From positions 83,142,001 to 83,206,000 of the forward strand of contig NW_026262690.1 of the NCBI RefSeq assembly GCF_021869535.1: a DNA stretch of 64,000 nt, given 5' to 3'. Shown in pieces: positions 25,201 to 37,955 of this stretch. This DNA comes from Mytilus californianus. Taxonomy: Eukaryota. Position numbers and translations under genes: made by a program. A model generated the notes under the pieces. That model saw only the letters and a program-made list of their open reading frames with translations, searched no databases and was not told the origin of the DNA. Numbering within the stretch: the first letter of the stretch is position 1; each line of letters opens with the position of its first letter.

Positions 25201-25814
25201 GAAATGCCAGAGATTTTCTTAAGAATAAACACTCCCGTTAGTATAATTTCTAGATTTCGCGTGACCATTACGACTTACTGTACAGGTATAGTTAAAAAAA
25301 CAAGCTCGCATCTTCTCTTTGCTTAAAATAAAAGTAGCATGTGCAGTTGTACTTATAGATAACGCAGACTACAAACTTATCCTGTCCTGGAGTGAAATAT
25401 CTATCTTCCTTCAATCCGCTAAAATTGAATTCTGTGGTTTTGTTGGTTTTGAATTGGCTTTAGAGTTAACCTTGACCTTCTGTCTCGTTCCTTCTTTATT
25501 CCGTGCCAAGTATTACTAAAATTCTATTAGTAAGTATTTATTGTTTGTCCATCAAAGATGCCAGACCGGTTTTTCATTTTGCATGGTGTACTCGGTAAAC
25601 GAGCGTATCGTCTATATCGGAGAGCTGAATCAAATAACAATATTAAAGAGCATTGAAAACCAAAATTTTAAAGTAGCAACAAATCTGGTAAGGGACATCT
25701 ATGACTGGGGATAGTAAAACATTAATGTTTCGAATAATTTTATGTTTTAAGAATAGTTTATAGAGTAAATGCCGCGTCAATGATATCTCATGTCAGCTTA
25801 CAGCAGTGGTATCT

Positions 25815-26290
25815 AAACAATGAAGAGTAAAATAACAAAAATACCGAACCCCAAGGGAAATTCAAAACGGAAAGTCCTTTATAAAATGGCAAAGTCAAAA
25901 GCTCAAACACATCTAACGAATGGAAAACAACTGTCAAACTCCTGACTTGGTACAGGCAATTCCTTATGTAGAAAATTCTGGATTAAACCTGGTTTTATAG
26001 CTAGCTAAACCTCTCACTTGTATGACAGTCGCATTGAATTCCATTATATTGACAGCAATGTGTGAGCAAAACAAACAGACATAGTAGGTAAAAACGTCAA
26101 AAATTGGAGTACAGCAGTCAACATTGTAATATAATCTTAATCACTATAAAAAAAATAACTGTTTCAACAAAGAAACACAAAATGGCATATAGACAAAGTA
26201 CATAAGCAAAAATGAAAGACAAGAATTCAAAATTGACCATAGCACAATAACACAATGGCGGGATGTCTAAGTACCGAGCCATGTCATAAG
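25815..26290 (-). repeat. Interspersed repeat family B copy
   Basis: Reverse complement of the repeat at 43975-44350 and 46185-46580 (ggtttagctagctataaaaccagg..gtaccaagtcagga..gacagttg). Another minus copy lies at 43140-43400. Confidence 0.8.
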
Positions 26291-27197
26291 TATATAATCA
26301 AAAATGGACTAAACAGTAAAGGTTAAAAATATACAAGGACAACAAAAAAGGAAACTTTAACACGTAATTCAGATGATTAACAACGTTAGTACCTAGAATC
26401 TATACTTCAAGACTATTATGTATTATTTGTGAAGTTGATACGGAATATTTATCAACTGATAGTCAGACATTTATTACATTTGAACCATTTGGAATTTATA
26501 GTAAGAGTCCGAATTCTTTACATATACCTAAAGTTACATATACTTTTTTTTTTAAATAAGTGCTGACGAACCAATCACGTATTATCTGAGAAAGGGGGTT
26601 AGTGTTAAGTTCAATATTATATTTACTTTTACTGTAGTGGATTATCAGTGTTAGTGTGTAATCACGGTAATTTGTCAAAAAAGGTTTTTTAAACTTAGAA
26701 TAAAAGAAAATTGACCTTCTATCAACACTGCAACATTAACATATTTATCTTTTAGATTGAATTTAAATGTTACTTTTTGACATAAGAAATTCTAACCTTC
26801 GGGTGTACAAACAGTATAATGCTCCCAATGAATTAAATCTCATGATATTTCTATTGTTAATGAAAGGAAGAAAAATAATATTTGCCAAAATTATTATACA
26901 TTTAATTCCTTTATAACTTTAATATGATTGACGTAGAGTATTATAGAACTAATCTGTAATACCCCTACATAGCTTGTTAAAAAAGTAGCAATAGAAAGAA
27001 ATGAATTGGATGTAACGTTTCGAATATCGTGCATATAATTAGGTCTAATGTGACATTTCGAATATAGTGGTTTGTGGTTATCTTTCGAAATCTGACATTG
27101 TCAAAATCAATCGAGAATTATATATAATTATAAAATGATTAAAGAAAAATATTATTCATAGGAATAATTCTTTTAAGAAAAGAAAAAATAATACAAA

Positions 27198-28955
27198 ATG
27201 GATTTACGAAATTCTCGTCATAATTCATATTCGGACGTTCGGATATTACATGATGAACCATATATGCCACTAAGTGCCCGAGATTCATACGGTATACAGA
27301 AGGCACCAGTGATGATGTACAATCAGTATGGAGATGATCTGGATTATTTAGACAAAGCCTTGTATTTAGAAAACAGGATGAGAATCCAAAAGAACATCAT
27401 CAGCCGTCACAAGACCGAGGCTGTGAAAACACAACACAAAGAGGACAAAGTGTTGTCAAAACATCACAGTATGAATGATTTTCAGAAACCCCAAAAGTCA
27501 TATTCAAGTTTGTTTAGTAAACAAAATAACAAATCTTACAAAGGACAGGGAAATAATCAAAGTGGTGGTCCTAATGTGGAGGATGTATGGATTCCGAAGG
27601 ACATGCCCTTGGATAGGAACGACCTTGATTATCAGATCCCTGAAACATTGGATACAGCAAGGGGTAAAGCGAGGTATGCTCTAGTCAGATTGGATAGTTA
27701 TGAACAATCAAATGTTTCACAAATGCATTTGGAGAGTGTAAATCCGTTAGTTTTACCGACATCATTCGCGAGTCAAAATATGCCCGTAACTTACAATGCA
27801 AAAACGGGCTTTCCTAACAATCTAGTGAAACGACATTCAGTCGATCCGAACAATTTCATTGGATCAGAAAATCGTGAAATTCTTGAAAAGGTAAATAACG
27901 GTCATGAGAATATTCCAGATGAAACGGAGACATACAGCAATAAAAAGGAAGCTACATACAACAGCAGAAGGTTAGTCAAGAAAAACTCAAAAATCACGCT
28001 TGATGACTTATATATGAATGAAAAAGATAAGAAACATCCACTGATGTCACGAAAATCTAAACAATCCTTGAAAGTTCCTACAAAGGAACCCGGAAATGAA
28101 ATTGACAAGATAAACTATGAAGAATTAGACCAAAATATGAAATTAGAGCGCACACAAGAAAGACGTCCATCACGTGATACGAACCTTACTGTTTCTAGGA
28201 AAAGCTCGACGGTCAATAGTCGTCAGTCTACCATGAGTAAGATTTCAAGGAAACAAAATGATACACCACTTTCTGTTCGATCGGTACCTTCTTCTGCTGC
28301 AACTGCAGCCCCCGTTTTAAAACATTATCGTTCGAAGAAACGTGTAAACAAGAAGAATGGAAAGGATGATGAAGTTACCCAAACTACTGATACTATGGTT
28401 ATATCTGATAGAACAAAAACTGAAAATGAAGTACGAGTGAAGAAAAAGGACACACGACAACAAAATCATTCTCAATTAACCGATGCTGCTAAATTAGATT
28501 CGTCGCCTCCTACAAAGAAACAACATAAAACCGTGAAATCAAACAACTCAGTGCCGTTGGAAAACTCATTTTCTAAAACGTCCGAAAATAACGTTGAAGG
28601 GAATAATTATGGAAGAAAAAACAATAAGATTTCAGAAGACAGAACCAAACAAAGAAATTCTAAGTCCAATACACAAAAAACGGACAGGAGTGATGTATCA
28701 GATGTAGGCAAAGCAAAAAACAAGATCTCAAATACAGAAAATTCAAAATCAAACAAAGCAAATGCGAATGAACAAACGAGAAAATATGCAGATAAAAATC
28801 GAGGTTTAAGGAAAACAGATTCGTTCAAAATGATGGGAAACAGTTCCGAGTTTTTCGGCTACTGTTCTGTTCCCGAGGAGGAAGGCACAACTAAAAAACC
28901 AAAATCAATACTTAAGAAATCAAGGTCGGATCCAGATAGACCAGATACCGCATAA
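27198..28955 (+). CDS. Uncharacterised 585-aa Lys/Ser/Asn-rich, largely low-complexity protein, uninterrupted CDS
   Basis: A 1.76-kb stop-free ORF in AT-rich DNA. The N-terminal segment LENRMRIQKNIISRHKTEA aligns by eye with paralogs A and B. No domain recognised. Confidence 0.8.
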   Translation: MDLRNSRHNSYSDVRILHDEPYMPLSARDSYGIQKAPVMMYNQYGDDLDYLDKALYLENRMRIQKNIISRHKTEAVKTQHKEDKVLSKHHSMNDFQKPQKSYSSLFSKQNNKSYKGQGNNQSGGPNVEDVWIPKDMPLDRNDLDYQIPETLDTARGKARYALVRLDSYEQSNVSQMHLESVNPLVLPTSFASQNMPVTYNAKTGFPNNLVKRHSVDPNNFIGSENREILEKVNNGHENIPDETETYSNKKEATYNSRRLVKKNSKITLDDLYMNEKDKKHPLMSRKSKQSLKVPTKEPGNEIDKINYEELDQNMKLERTQERRPSRDTNLTVSRKSSTVNSRQSTMSKISRKQNDTPLSVRSVPSSAATAAPVLKHYRSKKRVNKKNGKDDEVTQTTDTMVISDRTKTENEVRVKKKDTRQQNHSQLTDAAKLDSSPPTKKQHKTVKSNNSVPLENSFSKTSENNVEGNNYGRKNNKISEDRTKQRNSKSNTQKTDRSDVSDVGKAKNKISNTENSKSNKANANEQTRKYADKNRGLRKTDSFKMMGNSSEFFGYCSVPEEEGTTKKPKSILKKSRSDPDRPDTA

Positions 28956-29904
28956 AGACATGTATAAACAGAAATAATTATAACTTTACACATTCAGTAT
29001 TATTCATGATATTTTTTCAATTTCGGAAGATTTTGGTACATTTTGACACTATTCAAAAGGCGTTTATAGTCATCTGATTGGTATGTGTGAGTGATACTTT
29101 TTGGTGATCCGATAAAGATTTTAAGCTCACTCCTTTAAATATTTGCAAAATTTAAAAACATTGGAATTATTGTACAGTCACGTGATAAATGTTTGTATAT
29201 ACGGTCGCTAAGATTAATTCATATAAATAGTTTCATTTTAAATCTATATTATAAATCATAAATTCAAGTATTGTTCTTTTTAACAAATGTCATTATACAA
29301 ATATCATTATCCTATATGATTACCTTAATCCTATTTTATAATATAAATATGATTTTACTGCGTTCGACATTCCACTTTACAGACTAAATTCTTAATAATT
29401 AAGCTGACAAATGTGTTAAAATGTGTGCCGAAAAAAAATTAGATTAATCTCAGCCGGTTCCCGTTTAGTTTGAGACTGCAATCTTGAATACTTAACATAG
29501 ATAATAGAAAAGAAAGGATATGGGGTATCCATCAATAACACAAAATCAGTATATGCACAGCAAAAAACACTAAAAAGCAAAGCAACACCGCTTTTATTGC
29601 TGTTCTTCATATCAAAGTCAAAGTGAGGCCTTCAACACGGAGCAAAAAAAACATACATTTTCAAAACAATTATAGTTATCAAAAACCTTAAATGTTAAAA
29701 AAAAAAACTATTGTTCTTGCCTAACTTCGGGACAGGGACGTTTACCCAATCTGATTCTATTCTAGCTTTATATGATTCCGTAAAAAAATAAGAAGATTTG
29801 GTTCGATTGCCAAGGAGACAAGTATTCACCAGAAACCAAACAATGTAGATTTCAGCATCTATGGGTCAAGGTATATGGACTACAACAATGAACAAAACTC
29901 AATC

Positions 29905-30320
29905 CGAATAGGATAAAATTGAGAATGGAAATGGGGAATGCGTCAAAGAGACAACAGCCCGACCAAAGAGCAGAAAACAGCCGAAGGCCACCAATGGGTC
30001 TTCAACACAGCGAGAAAATCCCGCACCCGGAGGCGGGCTTCAGCTGGCCCCTAAACAAAATGTGTACTAGTTCAATGAAAATGGACGTCACACCAAACTC
30101 CAAAACATATAAATGAACTAAAATTTAAAAAAAACACACAAGACTAGCAAGGAAGCTATATTTGACGAAATTTTTAACAACTCAAACGAGAAAACCAAAG
30201 GCCTGATCTATGTACAAAATAATAAAGAGAAGACTTATGTACAAAACAATTAACGAAACACAAATATAATCTACATCAACGAACCACACGGCATTATAGG
30301 TTCTGACAGACAGACACAGA
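29905..30320 (+). repeat. Interspersed repeat (GC-richer head, family-A-like tail)
   Basis: The tail aaacgagaaaacca..gcctgat.tatgtacaaaa matches family A copies. The short ORF 29919-30116 lies inside it. Confidence 0.5.
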
Positions 30321-31004
30321 ATCTGAACAATTTACCATGTTTTCAAATGTCCACAGCGAAAGTTACGATACTTTTTATTTTGTAAAAATCGAAGAGATTA
30401 TGAAATCATTTTGACAATAGATATTAATATAATTTTTTTTCCTGCCAATGCTTTTAAATTTTCACATATAAAAATTTCAGAAAATGGTCAACTAACAGTA
30501 TTCATAAAAAGAAAAAAGGCGTGACACTGAAAAAGACGAAGAAAAAATCCCACATTCAATTTTCAAATTAAAAACTCTTATATTAAGAAAAAAACGTCTA
30601 CTGTTTTTTGCCCCCTCCCCCCCCCCCCCCCCCCCCCAAAAAAACAAACACCATCAAGCCCAAACAAAAACAATAACAAAGTTAGGTTGTTCAAAAAGGC
30701 ACAGCGTATCATCGGAAAACATTCCTTTTTTTAGGTATTTCCATGACAACCTGCTTTTTTTTTTCTTTTATCGTATCCAGTACATCTATTTTGAGTGAAG
30801 CTCAAACTTACATGGTTATACTCACAACCTTACGGCATTATCAGGGTTTATTCAAGAAGAGCGTCTTATGTATTCTCAAGTAAAGGATGATAATTATAGG
30901 AGCAGGACCATTTAACGTAGCACTAGAGTCTGATTTATGAAAATATAAGTGTTTCTTTTTGTATTACTATACACATCTGTTGAGTTAAGCCCTTTTTAAA
31001 TGAT

Positions 31005-31385
31005 TTATTTTATAGTTTGTTCATATGTTGTGCTGTTACACCACTGTCCCAGATTAGTGGAGGGTTGGGTGCCCGCAAACATGTTTAGCCCCACCACATT
31101 CTGTATGTGCCTGTCCCAAGTTAGGAGCCTGTAATTCAGTGGTTGTCTTTTGTTACTGTATATCATGTTTTTCGTTCATTGTTTTGTACATAATTCAGTC
31201 CATTAGTTTTCTCGTTTGAATTGTTTTACATTTGTCATTTCGGGGCCTCTTATAGCTGACTATGCAGTATGGGTTTTGCTCATTGTTGTACGGTGATCTG
31301 TAGTTGTTAACCTCTGTGTAATTTGGTCTCTGGTGGAGAGTTGTCTCATAAGCAATCATACCACATTTTCTTATTCTTATATTTG
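31005..31385 (-). repeat. Interspersed repeat family A copy
   Basis: Reverse complement of gatgtggtatgattgccaatgagacaactctccac..ctataaaaggccccgaaatgac..caggctcctgacttgggacaggcacat at 35645-35940 and 37640-37955. Confidence 0.8.
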
Positions 31386-31704
31386 AATAGAAAATTAGAT
31401 TTGCAGAGTAATAGTTGAGATATATAGCTGAAGGCATCGCCATGTTTATCATTTGAGTGATGTATATATAATGCGATGTATTCGAAACAATCACTAATAG
31501 AATACTAACAACAACAAAAACAAATATATTGCAGGAATATTGCTTTTATAGCTGTTCTTCATATTCATATATTATATATATATGCTGGAAACTAAAGAGG
31601 TCACACCTTACAGATTGTCCAATGCTAGTGTCTACGGAACTCGTTGATATTCATCGATAGCCACCAGCTGACTTTGGTCGGGTAGTAATAATAAACTGTT
31701 ATCA

Positions 31705-32350
31705 CAGAGATATGTCTCGCCTTTTTGTAATTTTGATTATGTAAATGTTGAAATTAAAATAGCAATACTTTAACATGTAAGTTATGCAAATATTCAAAGT
31801 CAATGAACCTTGACTGAGGTACATGGCTAAACAATCTCCATGGAAATGAGATGTGCCAATGATAATACAACTGCATACCAATTAACATTGGCCTTCCACT
31901 AATGGTTCCCCATGAACTGACCTAATCACAAACTAATACATGTTAACTAAGCAAAATTTTCAAAGTCAATAGACCATGACTAAGGAGGCGGAGCCAAATA
32001 ATCTCCATGGAAATGAGATATGCCAATGCTTATACAACTGCATACCAAATATCATTGACCTACCACTTGTGGTTACCCATAAACACCTAATCACAAACTA
32101 ATACATGTAAACTAAGCAAAAGTTTCAAAGTCAATAGACCATGACTGAGGGGGCAGGGCCAAAATATCTCCATGGAAATGAGATGTGCTAATGCTAATAC
32201 AACTGCATACCAAATATGATTGACCTACCACTTGTGGTTCACCATATAAACTAGACCTAATCACAAACTAATACATTGTTGACGCCGCCGACGCCGGTAA
32301 CAGCATACCTATGTCTCGCTTTTTGACTCTGTCAAGGCGGGACAAAAAGT
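31705..32350 (+). mobile_element. HINE/pearl-like element with three ~165-bp tandem units
   Basis: 5' cagagatatgtctcgcc, units containing atctccatggaaatgagat, a gacgcc microsatellite remnant, and a 3' hairpin tgtctcgctttttgac-tct-gtcaaggcgggaca. The same family occurs at 51885-53620. Confidence 0.8.
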
Positions 32351-32621
32351 GTCAAACTTTTATAAATCTTCTTACAAATGATTATCATTGATTTCATATG
32401 GCCATATTTTGAGAAGGTTTTCATATTTCTATTGAATAATTTTCTGAAAACAACACGACTTTCAAAATTACTGCTACAAAAAAAACACATTACACGTGAA
32501 TAAAAGATACATAACACAAGAACAAATATGTATCACATTTTTTATATGCTTTCCCATTTTAAAATAACAACAAAGACTTGTTGGATTAATAACCTTTTCA
32601 ATACCGAATATCGAACTTTAA

Positions 32622-32755
32622 TTTTCCTCTAGAAGGTCGGTGGTTTTCTCCGGGCACTCCGGCTTCCTCCGCCAATAAAAACTGGCCGCCACGAAATAGC
32701 CCAAAAGCGGTGCTTAAAAGTGGCGTTAAAACACCAAAAATCAAAATCAAATCAA
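32622..32755 (+). mobile_element. 5'-truncated SINE with 12-bp target-site duplication
   Basis: Matches the 3' half of the full SINE at 54392-54657, has an (aaatc)n tail, and is flanked by atcgaactttaa at 32610-32621 and 32756-32767. Confidence 0.85.
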
Positions 32756-33884
32756 ATCGAACTTTAAAAAAATCAAAATTCATAAAAGTAAGTCATTCGT
32801 AACGATGGTAATGGAAAACAGAATACAAATAAACGATATTACAATACCAGTAGTTTATATAGTTTGCTTCTCTAGTTGAACGAAGCACAGAAAACTTCTA
32901 ACATGAAAATAAACGACACAAATTACGTACGGATCTAAGAGTACTTGCAGGTACTGAAAAGACGCCATAAACAGTCTTAAGAAAATCATGACCTTTGTGC
33001 AATTACAAAAACATAAGTAAATAGCATCGACTGGATGTATGACCATAAGAGGTGTGTTCTTCGGAGATGAGAGATGTATACATATCAAAAGATGCTTGCC
33101 CTATCGATGCACCTGATTTCACTCCGTTTTACTCCCAATTATTTTTAAAAATGAGCTCCTGGCCTGATATTTGATCTTTTTCCAAATATACTACCTTTAT
33201 ATATCTATATATCGATATTTGGATTTAGTCAAGGGTTGGTTTCAAGCAATAAGTCAAAAACCGAAAATTTACCAAATAAAATATATACTAATTTCTTTCT
33301 TATTGGTCGCGAAAGATAAGTTTGATAACTAGGGAGTAGGAATAGGAAAGACAGAGTTAAATGTTGGTAAAAGATAATTTATTGACAAGCAATAAAACAA
33401 GTATAAAAAGTTTATTCCTTATTCCGTTACCATCGTTATAAATAAGTAACTTTCATGAATTTTAGATGGTTGCTATTCAGTATTTTAACATTTTTCAGTG
33501 GTAAAAAATGACTTCAAAAGTAAGCCGCTTTAGTTTAACTGGATATATTATTTTTTTTAAACTCTTTTACCGCAATTTAAAATATTTGGTTGCTTCTTGG
33601 TGCTTCTATGCATATATTCAGGCAGTGGACAAATATTTTGCATTGCATAATTGCAAAGAATACAGAGAGGCATTGAAGTCTAGGCTAAGTTATTAACTGA
33701 AATTGGGCTTTGATCTAACTGTCAGTAACTGCAAGTACTCTTAGACCGGAAGTTTGGGTCACTTGTTTTTGTGCGTTCTTTGTATTGATCTGCTGAGTCA
33801 ATCCCTTTTAAAGTGATTTTTACAGTTTGTTGCTACACCACTGTCTTCGCTTTAAGATAGCGTTTCAGCGCTGGCAAACATATT

Positions 33885-35150
33885 AAATAAATTGCTTCGC
33901 CGAGCGCAGCTGGATACGACCGCAGAGGTCCAACCCTGAACAGTTGGGGCAAAAATGGACGCAATATTCGCGCTTGATACAGGTCTGAATTTGGACTGTA
34001 TTTAAATATTTGACACAGAAAAGGTTTCTGACACAGAATAACTGTAGTCAAAGAACTTAGAATTTGTTATATGATTTGATTTTGAACATTTTTTGCTTTT
34101 GTGCAATACACTATGCTATTGCGTATTAACACCCCCCCCCCCCCCCCACACACACACACACACACACAGACTTTTTTTTTTGCAAAAAAAATATTTGAAG
34201 AATTTTCTTTTTAATTTCTGAAATCTGAAATGAGAAAAAATTTACACCCCACGATTTCTTTTTACCCCCCCCCCCCCCTCTTTTCCCCCCAAAAAAATTC
34301 TTTCCCTCAAGATATGGTCATAATCTCAATTCAAATTTCCAATGGAGTTTGCAACCATAATTACCCATTTAAATTTACCATAGTGCTAACTTAATCTATT
34401 TTATAATAGAATTTAAAATATGGTGTCAAATCTTTCATACGGATTTTTTTTGTAAAAAAAAGATGCAACATTTGCAGATATTTTTATTGGTCTTCCTTTA
34501 TAAATATGCATTTCTTTAAACATAATTTAAAAGCAGTGTAAGGGAGGTAATCAAAACGTTGTATTTGGATTACCTCCCTTACACTGCTTTTAAATTGTCT
34601 TAAGTGTTCATTAACCATTACTTTATACATAATTTAAAAGCAGTGTAAACGAGGTAATTCAAATGATGTATTTGAATTACCTCCCTAACACTGCTTTAAA
34701 TTATGTTTTGTACTAAAGTATTTGTCCATTAACCAGGACACCCTTGTTTTTCCTTTTTTTTTTGCCCCTAATTCCTAAACGGTTTGAGCCATAACCCCAC
34801 AAAGCAAATCCTAACCATCCCTTTGTGGTATTGAAACTTGTGGTATAATTTCAGAGAGTTCCATACACCGTTCCACAAGTTATTGTCTGGAAACAAGAAA
34901 AATGCTTACTTGGCCCCTTTTTGGTCCCTAATTTTTTTAACTGTTGGTACCATAACCCCCAAAATCAATCCCAACCTTCCTTTTGTGGTATTGAACCTTA
35001 TGATAAAATTTCACAGAGATCCATTCACTTAAACTAAAGTTGTTGTGCGAAAACCAATGTGTCTTCGGACGACGACGACGACGACGACAACGACGACGAC
35101 GCCGTCATACCAATATACGACCGCAAACATTTTTTGCGGTCGTATAAAAA
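33885..35150 (+). mobile_element. HINE/pearl-like element with a nested hairpin insert
   Basis: The 5' block gcgcagctggatacgaccgcagagg is shared with 48775, 55875 and 62722. (GAC)n at about 35068-35102. The 3' hairpin tatacgaccgcaaa-catt-ttttgcggtcgtata repeats the 5' atacgaccgc motif. Confidence 0.75.
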
Positions 35151-35565
35151 TGAAAACAAAACGTTATAAATTTTAATGCGTCCGAAGCGCTTTTCTAGAT
35201 TTACCTTCATCAGGAACGCTCAAAGTCGAATATTTGAAAGCCAAGGATGTATAAGAACCAAAACAAGAGCTATATGACCAAAGAGATCCTAAAAATAGCC
35301 AAATCCATCTACGGTCATCTTTGCCTGAGGGAGTTGAAAACTTAGTTTTTATAATTTCAAAATTTATTAACGGACAATTTTAGAAAGGTTTGTTATATAT
35401 CATGTCAGTACCGAAGTACTGACTACTGAGCTGATGATACCCTCGGGGACAAAGTCCACCAGCAGAAGTATCGACCCAGTGCTGTAAAAAACGAAAACAA
35501 CACGTTATAAATTTCATGCGTCCGAAATGCTTTTCCGGATTTACCTTCATCAGGAACGCCTGTCC
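35150..35565 (-). repeat. Interspersed repeat family C (inverted, partly duplicated)
   Basis: Reverse complement of the 2100-2475 region; gatttaccttcatcaggaacgc occurs twice. Confidence 0.7.
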
Positions 35566-35644
35566 CAAGTCAGAACCCTGTTATCTAGTGGTTATTGTTC
35601 GTTGATTTCTGTCATGTTTGTTTATCGTTCATTTTTTAATATAA

Positions 35645-35940
35645 TATAAAAAAGAAGATGTGGTATGATTGCCAATGAGACAACTCTCCACAAGAGACCA
35701 AATAACACAGAAATTAACAACTATAGGTCACCGTACGGCCTTCAACAACGAGCAAAGCCCATACCGCACAGTCAGCTATAAAAGGCCCCGAAATGACAAT
35801 GTAAAACAATTCAAACGAGAAAACTAACGGCATAATTTATGTACAGAAAATGAACGAAAAACAAATATGTAACACATAAACAAACGACAACCACCGAATT
35901 ACAGGCTCCTGACTTGGGACAGGCACATAAGTCAGGCCGT
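35645..35940 (+). repeat. Interspersed repeat family A copy
   Basis: High similarity to 37640-37955 and, inverted, to 31005-31385. Confidence 0.8.
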
Positions 35941-37639
35941 AAATAAGGCCGTAAGTTTTCTTTTTAATTTTTAAAATTTTGTCATACAGGACCTATGATC
36001 ATCAACTTCACAAATTTCCATAACAACAACTGTTGTTCAGTGTCACAAATAACTATTGATACATTATGGATACAAACAATATTGCAATATTTTTAACGTT
36101 TTTTACTATAATTTATTGAAATGAAGCTAACAGCCATCTTTAAGCATTTATCATTTGATGTAATACTCTCAATTAATTAAATACTTTTTGAAAACAGACC
36201 TTGAGCAAATCGGCCTTAGTTAAATTTTCTTAGTTACCGTTAGCAATACAAGTAAAAGACTATTGACTTTGATTTTGAAAAGACACCAATGAAGTTTCTT
36301 TACGATGTATTCATAAAGTACAGAATTTTATCCTGGGTATTGCACTCGTCCCTCTTCTCTCCACTTGGGGTAACATTTTCGTGAAAATATACCTTACCAA
36401 TGATGAAATCTCCAATAAACAAATGACTCTCATAAATCATTTCTTAAATCATTATAACGTTGCTTTGATATAACACTTATCACCTGTCGTCAGAGAGTAT
36501 TGGGTTTTATATAACACTAATCCATTTGTTATAAAATTACGAAACGTTCGATCTACAACTTTTTTGAAACTTTATTCTTTACTATGTTCAAAGCCAGTCA
36601 TCAATATATTTTGAAAACACTATTAAAATTCTATTCTGCCTTTGCCAACAACGATGTCGTTAGATTTTAAAGAGGGATAATCGATTGCCTTCATCGGGAT
36701 AATTGGCAAGTCGAGAACTATAAAAAAATACTTGCGACTGAGGAATAAAAAAAAAGTGGATTAAAAGTTATTTTCAAACCCATAGTTATACATATCAGCG
36801 CGTAACAATTGCGCGAACTTGTCCCATATTGGGCGAACAATTGGCCAATGATTGCGCGACAAAACGCATTACGTTTGCGCGAAATTTACCGCTGAAAAGT
36901 TACTACGTTTGCGCGAAATTTACCTGCTGAAAAGTTACTACGTTTGCACAAATCAATCAAATTAATTAAATAGAACCTACGAGTTTTTTGTATCATTAAT
37001 ACGAAAATTTATTCATCAACATATAGTTTTTTAAGAAAAATCTATGCACTTAAAATTGGGGATTTCATGATTAAAAGAAAAATTTAAGGACGTTTTTCGC
37101 TTATTCAATGTTCTTTCTATACAAATGTTTACCTACTTCGAAAGAATTCAATCATTAATATTTCAGATACAAGAGATAAATGCATTATTTTCTAGATTTT
37201 CAAATATAGTTCATAGAGCCAAAGTTATATGCAAAATTTTACCAAAATCCTTGACATGACCCATTTACTGTTCCTTGACATCAAGACCAATTTTTCTCTA
37301 TTTTTGTTTTTTGTTTTTGGCCCATAGTGTTCTGTATACACTATCCGGTCCTCCATTTGTCACCAACATCAATTCAATTTGTTAATTATTTTTAAAGAAT
37401 GCAAATTATGTTCCAAAATGTTGACATGTTTTCATGTTATTGAACGGTGGTAATATAGTTTTGAGTATTTTTCTAGTATGCCAGAACAGAGATCCTCATT
37501 AAAATGATTGCCTGCCTTGCTATTACTCGGGAATAAACCATCATCTTGATCTACTCAGCCCTTCATGTCATGTTCGCTTAGTTTTAAACAAAAAAGAGCT
37601 GTTTGTCTGTAATTATCTATAAATGTTATATATATATAA

Positions 37640-37955
37640 ATAAGGAGATGTCGTATGATTGGCAATGAGACAACTATCCACCTAATTTCAAATGAAGTGG
37701 ATGTAATCAATTATAGGCAACCGAAAACCTTCAACAGTGAGAAAAACCCATACCGTATAGTCGGCTATAAAAGGCCCCGAAATGAACAATATGAAACAAT
37801 TCAATTGAGAAAACTATAACGGCCTAATTTATAACAATTAAATTTACGAAAAACAAATATGACAGGCATGGACTAAAGATAACCACCGAATTACAGGCTC
37901 CTTACTTGGGTCAGGCACATAAAGAATGTGGCGGGGTTAAACATGTTTGGAGGCG
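37640..37955 (+). repeat. Interspersed repeat family A copy
   Basis: gatgtcgtatgattggcaatgagacaac..ctataaaaggccccgaaatga..caggctccttacttggg, as in 35645-35940. Confidence 0.75.
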
